DNA of 64,000 nucleotides from Planctomycetota bacterium (GTDB lineage Bacteria; Planctomycetota; B15-G4): NCBI GenBank assembly GCA_965248575.1, contig CBDFJQ010000002.1, positions 4,128,001 to 4,192,000 of the forward strand, read 5' to 3'. Shown piece by piece: positions 40,849 to 47,651 of this stretch (position 1 is its first letter; each line of letters starts with the position of its first letter). The notes under the pieces were generated by a model. It saw only the letters and a program-made list of their open reading frames with translations, ran no database searches and was not told where the DNA came from. The position numbers and the translations under genes were made by a program.

Positions 40849-40911
40849 GCCTATTAAGCGCTTGCAACGCACGGCGCTGCGCGCCGCGGCTGAGCCGCCA
40901 GTCCGTTAGTC
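40849..40911 (+). repeat. attC site (63 bp; inverse core mutated to GCCTATT)
   Basis: GCCTATT-AAGCG-CTTGCAAC-GCACGGCGC-TGC-GCGCCGCG-GCTGAGC-CGCCAGTCC-GTTAGTC aligns without gaps to the 40292 attC. Confidence 0.9.
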
Positions 40912-40948
40912 TGGCCTGCTGGTCGACTAAGGCAAGGATCGATAACGA

Positions 40949-42073
40949 ATGGCTATGCGACCCATCCGAGACTACGCGGGCAGCCTAGAAGAACAAGACC
41001 CCGTTGCCGTGCAGGCCTTCGACGCCGAGTTCGGCGGGCGACTCCGTGAGCACGATGGAGCCTTACGGTGGTATCTCCTCCGGTACTGGGACTTCACGAA
41101 GAAGCTACGGCGGAAGGACCTCTACAAGCGCTGCCTCAATAGATTCCACTTCGACTTCGTCGAGGTCGACAAGTTGAACGCCTTCGCATCTTCGCGCAAT
41201 GGTGTCAACCTTGTTGCGTGTTTCACCGGAGCGTTTACGAATATCACGTCGTTCTTCACTCTTCTCCTATCGCATCCGGAAGTGCTTCCGTCTGTTGGAA
41301 ACGCATCCGACGAAAAGCGTTGGATACGGTCCCTTCGCCATTGCAACTGGTCCTCCAGTTGGTCCGATGTACTGGCGAACATCGACGTCTACCAGACTCC
41401 TCCCCCGAGCTTCCCGATTGACCCGACCAGGAAGCTCTTCGCGCATAGGCTTTCAATTCTAGCTATGGATTTCCTCTTCTTCCACGAGATCGGGCATTTG
41501 GTCAACGGCCATCTCGAGTTACTGCGTGGCAGCGCTGAACTTGGCGCTCTCGAAGAGGCATCCTTTACGGAAGGATCCAGTCTCATACCCCTGGATTACC
41601 AAGCACTTGAGCTCAACGCTGATAGCCATGCCGTGATCGCAATGACACCGGAGCTACTTGCACTTCCTGAGGTGTTACCGCCGACTTCGACATTTGAAAC
41701 GGGCTCCGAGGCTATTGAGTCTCTCGTTCTCGCAATGCTGTCAGTCTTCATTCTCTTCGATCGAACAGCTTCATCCTTGAAACGCTACGACTCGGCGCGC
41801 CATCCTCACCCGGCCGTTCGACTTGCCAACGTGCACCATGGGACGGTTCAATTGGCCGCGGGCTTTGGACCAGAGACTCAAGACAGACTCAGGTCTTCCT
41901 GGAGCCAAGCATTTGATCAAGCGGAGCAAATGTGCTCTTGCTTGGGTGTGGGGGCATCGGTGTGGCACGCAGCAGAGCATGAAGGCGAGGCAACGATCGA
42001 GGCGTTTGCTCGGACAGCGAAGCACTTTGCTTTGATTGACAAGAAGCTACGGCCAGATCTGGGGCGATTCTAA
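40949..42073 (+). CDS. Cassette-encoded zinc metalloprotease, Lit/peptidase U49 (M48-related) like
   Basis: LNAFA, HEIGHLVNGH, ELNAD and HPHPAVR motifs; no signal peptide. Confidence 0.75.
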   Translation: MAMRPIRDYAGSLEEQDPVAVQAFDAEFGGRLREHDGALRWYLLRYWDFTKKLRRKDLYKRCLNRFHFDFVEVDKLNAFASSRNGVNLVACFTGAFTNITSFFTLLLSHPEVLPSVGNASDEKRWIRSLRHCNWSSSWSDVLANIDVYQTPPPSFPIDPTRKLFAHRLSILAMDFLFFHEIGHLVNGHLELLRGSAELGALEEASFTEGSSLIPLDYQALELNADSHAVIAMTPELLALPEVLPPTSTFETGSEAIESLVLAMLSVFILFDRTASSLKRYDSARHPHPAVRLANVHHGTVQLAAGFGPETQDRLRSSWSQAFDQAEQMCSCLGVGASVWHAAEHEGEATIEAFARTAKHFALIDKKLRPDLGRF

Positions 42074-42081
42074 ATGTTTCC

Positions 42082-42149
42082 GCCTCACAAGCGCTTGCAG
42101 AGGACGGTCCGATGCGGGGCCCTCCGCTGAACCACCAGTCCGATCCGTT
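42082..42149 (+). repeat. Terminal attC site whose right core is replaced by non-cassette sequence
   Basis: GCCTCAC-AAGCG-CTTGCAGA...GCTGAAC-CACCAGTCC-G, then ATCCGTTCTT instead of TTRRRY. Confidence 0.8.
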
Positions 42150-42210
42150 CTTCGACGGCCTGTCGCGCAGCGCCTCGATGTTCACGGCCTGCACCCGGAC
42201 CTCCCGAGCC
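42147..42210 (-). pseudogene. Short diverged fragment of the GT2 gene (matches 48477-48543)
   Basis: 42167-42198 matches 48500-48531 at 29/32 nt; encodes RVQAVNIEAL versus RVQAVHIETL. Confidence 0.7.
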
Positions 42211-44220
42211 CTAATTATACGACTCCAACCACACCTCGTCCGGATCGGCACTGACCGCATCCAGCCGAAACGTCGCCGATGCCGGCGGAGAGGACGTCCG
42301 CACCACGTACCGCCCCGGTGGGAGCCCCGACAAGCGGAGCTGTCCCTCGGCGTCCGTGGAGAGGGCGCCTCGCGAGAAGATCGCGAGGTAGTCGTTGATC
42401 AGCGGGGAGCCCGTCTCGGCCGTGAGCACGACCGTCGTGATCCCTGTGCCGCTCGGTGCATGCACGACCACCGAGGGTGCGGTGAGGTCCATGTAGAGCG
42501 TGGGGAGGTGCGCCGGTCCGGCGGGGTCCAGCTCGATCTCGGCGAGGGCCAGGGTGAGGACGCCGGGCGATGGCTCCGCGCCCACCACGACGATGCCGTC
42601 ATTGCCGGTGAAGTCCTTGAACTCGAATCGACCGTCCCTGCCCACGGGCACTACGGCCGTCCCCGGGTGGAGCGTCGCGTCCAGCAGGACCGCCTGGAAC
42701 AACCTGTCGCCGCCGGCAGGCAGGACGGCCAGCCCATGGAGCGTGCGGGCGGTTGGCGCACTGCCTAGCCACACGTCGCGCCTCTCGCCCTGGGCGAGGT
42801 CGACGGACGCAGAGCCTGGCACCGCGTGAAGGTTGCCGCCGGGGTCTTCCTTGAGCAGCCCCACCGTGTACGACCCGGGCGGGAGCCCGCCGCAGACGGC
42901 CTCACCGGAGCCGATGCCGCTCCCGGTGCCGATCGTGGGTGTCGACATCGGCACCAGCTGCGTGCGGATGAACGCGGGGTTCGTCTCGCTCGCGGAGAGC
43001 GCGACCCACGGGAGATCGCCGCCTCCGTGCTCGACATGGACCGCGAGAGTCGCGCCCGGCGACAGAACCACCTCGACGTCGTCGCCGGCACGCACGTCTG
43101 CCAGCCACGGAACGTGCCCCGGATGCCAGACCAGCAGTTGGAGCGGCGCGTCTCCCGCAGCGTCGAGTTCGAAGCGCCCGGACGCGTCCGTGATCGTCCG
43201 GCGTCGGGCAGCCGGATCGAGGGTGGCCAGGAGCCACGCCTCGGAGAGCTGCAGGTCGTCGTTCTCCACCAAGGGAGTACCCGGGTCGGTGCCTTGGGGG
43301 ACGAGCTGCACGCTCGAGCCTATGAGTCCAGGGTGCCCGGGATGCCCCGGGTGCCCAATGCGTCCGAGGTGCTCGGGGTGCATGGGGCAGCGGACGACGC
43401 CGGTGACCACGGGCGGCGGCCGCAGCTCGAACACGTGCTCACCCGGCAGCTCCGCCAGCGGGATCCAGGGGGTGCTGTCGGCCCCCACGCCCTCGACGTG
43501 GACCGACAGCCGCACCCGCTTCGCGGAAAGCGTGAGCGGCGGAGCGGCGAGGCAGAACCTCCCGGCGCTGCACGCCACGCTCCTCTCGATGGGGAGCAGG
43601 TGCACCTCAGGGAGCGTCCCAGGATCATCGGACCGGCTCTCGATCTTCAGCTGGAGCGGGCCCTCGTAGCGGGTTCCCGTGCGACCGTCCACCACGAGGC
43701 CGGTGAAGACGAGGTCCGGCTTGAGGTTCAGCCGCACCTCGTTAGGAGGTTCGCCGCCATACACGTCGACCGAGGTGGTCGCGGGCTCGGTGTGACGAGA
43801 CTTGACATCGATGCGCCAGGTGCCGGGCTCCAACCCGCGGAACGCCTCCCGCTCCGACATCACGATGAGCCGCGAGAACTGTCCGCTGGCGACATGAGTG
43901 AGCGAGACCAGGGCGTGCCCGCCCCACGCGCAGCCGGAGATCGTCTCCAGGACCAGGTCGAAGCCGCTCTCGGCGGAGGCGGCCGGCAGGAGTGCGGTGG
44001 GATTCTCGACGTCAGGCGATGGCACAGCCAGGTTTGAGGGCAGCGGCGGGAGTACCTGCTCCTCTGCCAGCGCCGGTGCCGGGTCGCCGGCTCCCGCCAA
44101 CCCGGATCCGACAACGGCGGACGGTTCCTCGATCGCCTCGTCCGCCATGCTCCACACGGCGACCGCCACGATCACGGCGAACACGCCGACGGACCACCCG
44201 GTCATTGCACCTCGCGTCAT
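42211..44220 (-). CDS. Membrane-anchored protein with carboxypeptidase-regulatory-like (beta-sandwich) repeats
   Basis: N-terminal TM; repeated TDASGRF / GLPPGSY / TDAEGQL..GLPPGRY motifs. Confidence 0.75.
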   Translation of the reverse strand: MTRGAMTGWSVGVFAVIVAVAVWSMADEAIEEPSAVVGSGLAGAGDPAPALAEEQVLPPLPSNLAVPSPDVENPTALLPAASAESGFDLVLETISGCAWGGHALVSLTHVASGQFSRLIVMSEREAFRGLEPGTWRIDVKSRHTEPATTSVDVYGGEPPNEVRLNLKPDLVFTGLVVDGRTGTRYEGPLQLKIESRSDDPGTLPEVHLLPIERSVACSAGRFCLAAPPLTLSAKRVRLSVHVEGVGADSTPWIPLAELPGEHVFELRPPPVVTGVVRCPMHPEHLGRIGHPGHPGHPGLIGSSVQLVPQGTDPGTPLVENDDLQLSEAWLLATLDPAARRRTITDASGRFELDAAGDAPLQLLVWHPGHVPWLADVRAGDDVEVVLSPGATLAVHVEHGGGDLPWVALSASETNPAFIRTQLVPMSTPTIGTGSGIGSGEAVCGGLPPGSYTVGLLKEDPGGNLHAVPGSASVDLAQGERRDVWLGSAPTARTLHGLAVLPAGGDRLFQAVLLDATLHPGTAVVPVGRDGRFEFKDFTGNDGIVVVGAEPSPGVLTLALAEIELDPAGPAHLPTLYMDLTAPSVVVHAPSGTGITTVVLTAETGSPLINDYLAIFSRGALSTDAEGQLRLSGLPPGRYVVRTSSPPASATFRLDAVSADPDEVWLESYN

Positions 44221-44332
44221 GGTGTCGCTTCCTCGCCGCAGGGTGTCGCGACGTCATGTCAGGCCATGCCTTGTCATGGGGCATCGCGACGTCGTCCCGC
44301 CATGAACGATCGACACGTTTGTCGCTGTCTGC

Positions 44333-44761
44333 CTACGGACAATCCCACGGCGCCGTGTCGCGCTCAACGATAGAGTAGCTCACGAGGTACCAGACGGTCT
44401 TCCAGCTGATCCCGAAGACCCCCCTCACGGGAATCTTGTAGCAGCCAAACAGGTACTGGAAGTACACGCACTTGCCGGCTGGGATGTCGAATGGCCCGAC
44501 GCAGTCCGAAACACCGATCGAGACCTGGACTTTGGTGGACGACCCCCCGGACGCCTTGAAGCCGGGCCCGAAACCTTCAACGCGGGTTTTGGTGCCCACT
44601 TCGACCAGCACGCTCGATGTGTGGCACTTGGTCAATGGAATTGGCACCGAGAGGCAGTTGCAGGTGGCGGGGCCGGTTCCTTCCGCCACACCCGCCAGGA
44701 CGACAGGGCCGGGCATCAGGAGCGCGATCGCGGTGACAACGGACAGGATGAAGCGGGGCAT
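44333..44761 (-). CDS. Small secreted Cys-rich hypothetical protein
   Basis: GGAGA SD, signal peptide ending VLA, 7 Cys in about 120 mature residues. Confidence 0.65.
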   Translation of the reverse strand: MPRFILSVVTAIALLMPGPVVLAGVAEGTGPATCNCLSVPIPLTKCHTSSVLVEVGTKTRVEGFGPGFKASGGSSTKVQVSIGVSDCVGPFDIPAGKCVYFQYLFGCYKIPVRGVFGISWKTVWYLVSYSIVERDTAPWDCP

Positions 44762-44924
44762 GGACGGATCTCCGGGACGTGTTGACGAGTGCAACCCGAT
44801 ACTCCGCGGGCGCGTGCTCAGAACTCAATACATGTGCCGGCTGAGTCGACTGAACGCAGGGCGTGCAGCGGGTTGATGCCAGGAATGCACCGAGTCACTA
44901 GACCAATCCAGATCCAGCGTCCGT

Positions 44925-45237
44925 CACGAACGCCCAGCCTCAGTTCGCCGGTCTCCTGCCGCTGGATAACATTTGCCTCACCGCGCGGGGCAACCAACAC
45001 GCCAGAGCACACGAAGATGCCCACCATGCACACCGGGAACGCGAGAGCAGGGAGCAGAGGACGTCGGCTCCGCCGAGCAAGCCTGACACCCATGGCCATC
45101 CCCGAACCCAGCGCTGCGGCGCCGAGATAACCCAGCCACGAGAGCCCAGGAACCCAGAACCCAGCGAGCGGCGCAGCATCCAACGCCAACAAGCTCCCCG
45201 CCATCACCAGCACTGCGCTCAGCCGAAACCCCGCCGC
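44925..45237 (-). pseudogene. Diverged orphan copy of the 3' end of the GT2 gene (matches about 47670-47997)
   Basis: AGFRLSAVLVMAGSLLALDAAPL is identical in protein, with synonymous nt changes; alignment is clear over 44974-45235 with two in-frame 9-nt gaps; no start or RBS. Confidence 0.88.
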
Positions 45238-45262
45238 AACGTCGATGTCTAGCGGGCCCAGT

Positions 45263-46825
45263 TCACTCTCCGGCTGCCTGCCGGGCGATCGCCCGCAACG
45301 CCCCATCGACATGTCGTTCCTGGACTTCGTTGATGGGGCCGTTGGTTGCAACGACCGCAGCGAGACCCAGCTCGGGCCAGGCCCGAAACTTCGCCCAGTG
45401 AACTCCGGTGGACCCGACATGACCCATGTAAGAGTGCCCGTCCACTTGCCCGGGGCCGACGCCGCATGCGTAGGGGCTGCCGTTGTCGGTCCGCTGGAGT
45501 TCGGCAAACACCGCAGCTGGCGCCAGTGGCGAGTCTCCCCGCGGGCCCAGGACCTGTTGCAGCGCCAGGGTCGCGAAGTCCTTGATGTCGAGCTGCAGGT
45601 CGCCCGCGGGCGCTAGGAAAGCTCCCAGCACCAGGTCTTCCTGGAACGCGGTGACGAGGCCCGTCTCTGGATCGAGACCGTGCCCCCAGACACCGCCCGG
45701 GTTGGCTGCCGTCGCTGGCCAACCAAAGCCAGCTGACCCGATGCCAAGCGGCTCGAACACGCGCTGCTGCAGGGCCTGTTCGTACGATTGATCAAGGACT
45801 CGTTCGCAAACGTGCGCGATCAAGCAGTAACCGGCGTTGGAGTAGTGCGTGTTTCCGACGGTCGTTTCTGGAGCGGCCGCGAGTACGTCAGCCAGGTAGG
45901 TCGCCCGCTGCTCGGTGGGTGTGCCTTCGAGTCGGCTGTAGCGATCGATAGCAGCGGCGATGTCCTCTGAGTGCCCTGCGAGTCCAGCCCGATGGCGCAA
46001 GACGTCTGCGAGCGTCACGTCTGCGTACGCCGCGTGCATCGCAGAGGCGCCGTCGTTCGCTTTGCTCAGGTGGCTCCTGATCGTGTCGGTCCAATCGAGC
46101 TTGCCTTCGGCCACGAGAGTCGCCATGAGCAGAGCCGTCGCCGACTTCGTGCACGACCCGACGTGAATCGCGTCGGAGACCTGGGCCAACTCGGATGAGC
46201 CGATCTTCCGCGCTCCGGCAGTCGCCGCGTTGACCGTGTTGGCGGGCTGCTCGCCGATTCGCGCGATGCCCACGGCCCACATGACCGAGCCGGTCTCTAG
46301 CAGCAATCGATCGGCGATGGATTGGGCCGGATTGTCCGCAGCGCACTCGCGGGTGTAGTCCGGCGCCCACGCTGGCGGTGCCAGGGCATTCACCACGCGC
46401 ACTCCCCTGAACTTCTCGGGGTCTTCTGTGTCAGGTGAGAAGGTCCACGAAAGCCACTCAAGTGCTTCCGGAGCCGTGTCCAACCCGGCGGCCAGGCAGG
46501 TGAGAATCTCGAGACGCAGCATGGAGTCCTCCACGACCACGGCCTGGGTGAAGGCCGGGATCTGCGCAGCGATCTCCAGATGCGTCTCGGTCCAGCCGTC
46601 GAGCCCCAGGCGACTCAGTTCGCGCGGCGCCAGGCGGGTCTCCATGAGCCGTCGCAGGTCCTCCCCGCTGTCGCGCTGGAGCGCGTCGAGATAGTCCGCG
46701 GCGATCGCGCCGAGCACTTCGTTTCGCGTGTCGAAGCGAAGCTCCAGTACGTCTGCAGACTGCTCCTGCCGGGCGAATGCCACGATCGCGATCAGGGCAA
46801 GCTGGAGTTGCTGGTGGAAACGCAT
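45263..46825 (-). CDS. Serine hydrolase, beta-lactamase class C/PBP family, with N-terminal extension
   Basis: GSCTKS (SxxK), LRHRAGL, YSNAGY, PAGDL, GHVGS. Confidence 0.88.
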   Translation of the reverse strand: MRFHQQLQLALIAIVAFARQEQSADVLELRFDTRNEVLGAIAADYLDALQRDSGEDLRRLMETRLAPRELSRLGLDGWTETHLEIAAQIPAFTQAVVVEDSMLRLEILTCLAAGLDTAPEALEWLSWTFSPDTEDPEKFRGVRVVNALAPPAWAPDYTRECAADNPAQSIADRLLLETGSVMWAVGIARIGEQPANTVNAATAGARKIGSSELAQVSDAIHVGSCTKSATALLMATLVAEGKLDWTDTIRSHLSKANDGASAMHAAYADVTLADVLRHRAGLAGHSEDIAAAIDRYSRLEGTPTEQRATYLADVLAAAPETTVGNTHYSNAGYCLIAHVCERVLDQSYEQALQQRVFEPLGIGSAGFGWPATAANPGGVWGHGLDPETGLVTAFQEDLVLGAFLAPAGDLQLDIKDFATLALQQVLGPRGDSPLAPAAVFAELQRTDNGSPYACGVGPGQVDGHSYMGHVGSTGVHWAKFRAWPELGLAAVVATNGPINEVQERHVDGALRAIARQAAGE

Positions 46826-46865
46826 AGGTGTGGCTCCAAGGCGCTGGAAAGAGACTGTTTCTCAG

Positions 46866-46890
46866 CATATAGTGCGATTCGCAATAAATG
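46866..46890. promoter_or_regulatory. Probable PadR operator
   Basis: CATATAGTGCG-ATT-CGCAATAAATG inverted repeat (9/11) in the short divergent intergenic region. Confidence 0.55.
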
Positions 46891-46900
46891 GAGATGGACG

Positions 46901-47452
46901 GTGAACCTGACTGAACTCGAAGGCGCTGTCCTGGGCACCGTGTGGCGCGAGGCGCCCGTGACGGCGTACGGCGTGCGCGCGCTCTTCGCCGATTCGCTGA
47001 CCAGCTCTTGGACAGCGAGCACCGGGTCGGTCTACCCCGCGATCCGCCGCCTCCGGGAGCGGAACTTGATCGCATCCGCCAAACGGAACGGCGACGGTCG
47101 GGCCACGCGAGAGTTGTCCGTCACCAAGCCGGGTCTGGCCGCTCTGCGGGACTGGATCAGGGACATCGACGCCGCGATCGGAATACCCACGGACCCGCTG
47201 CGCTCACGGATGCAGTTCCTTGGATCGCTGGACAGCCGCTCGCGGCGGCGCTGGGCGAGCGAGACGAGTGATCGATTGAATCAGCAGATAGAGCCCATCA
47301 ATGAGGCACTGAACCTGATCGATGCGGGCTCGGAAGGTGATCCGGCCGGTTCCAAAGCCACCTGGGTCAGGCGCGCAACGCTTTGGACGCGGGCCGCGGC
47401 CAAGGCTCGGGCACAACTGGCGACTCGGCTGCGGGATGAGCTCGACGGATAG
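46901..47452 (+). CDS. PadR-family transcriptional regulator
   Basis: GGAG SD plus GTG start; TAYGV, STGSVYPAIRRL, SVTKPG..AL..W. Confidence 0.85.
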   Translation: MNLTELEGAVLGTVWREAPVTAYGVRALFADSLTSSWTASTGSVYPAIRRLRERNLIASAKRNGDGRATRELSVTKPGLAALRDWIRDIDAAIGIPTDPLRSRMQFLGSLDSRSRRRWASETSDRLNQQIEPINEALNLIDAGSEGDPAGSKATWVRRATLWTRAAAKARAQLATRLRDELDG

Positions 47453-47588
47453 GAACTGTGCCGACATCATCTTGGTGCTTGTTTGTCGCTCTCCAACCGC
47501 CCGGCGCACCTGCATCCTGAATCCAAACTTGCACGGTCGCCCTGAGCCCTAGCAGGAAGGCTGGCCAGGGGTGCGAACGGTCAAGAGA

Positions 47589-47633
47589 GCCTTGGCTGTT
47601 GTGATCTGCTGTGCGCAGATTATCACTCCAAGG
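47589..47633. terminator. Hairpin between the convergent PadR and GT2 genes
   Basis: CCTTGG..GTGATCTGC / GCAG..ATCAC.CCAAGG stem; no U-tract. Confidence 0.3.
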
Positions 47634-47651
47634 TACCTCCGCTGACGGCGA

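Larger units (their letters stand above)
39679..42147 (+). mobile_element. Integron gene-cassette array without an integrase in the window (CALIN)
   Basis: GTTAGGC cores at 39679, 39984 and 40348, GTTAGTC at 40905; three homologous attC sites; single + strand ORFs between them with lower GC than the flanks. Confidence 0.88.

Noticed and set aside
40292..42149. CRISPR or REP interpretation of the repeats
   Set aside because: The repeats are diverged, 0.5-1.2 kb apart and separated by ORFs, with no cas genes; the architecture fits attC
44245..44290. Imperfect palindrome GTCGCGA..TCGCGAC between two cargo genes as an attC
   Set aside because: No RYYYAAC or GTTRRRY cores; at most an mRNA hairpin
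44818..45507. 229-aa minus-strand ORF as a real gene
   Set aside because: It is a chimera of an alternative frame of the hydrolase 3' end and the orphan GT2 fragment, with no RBS; reported as a gene fragment instead
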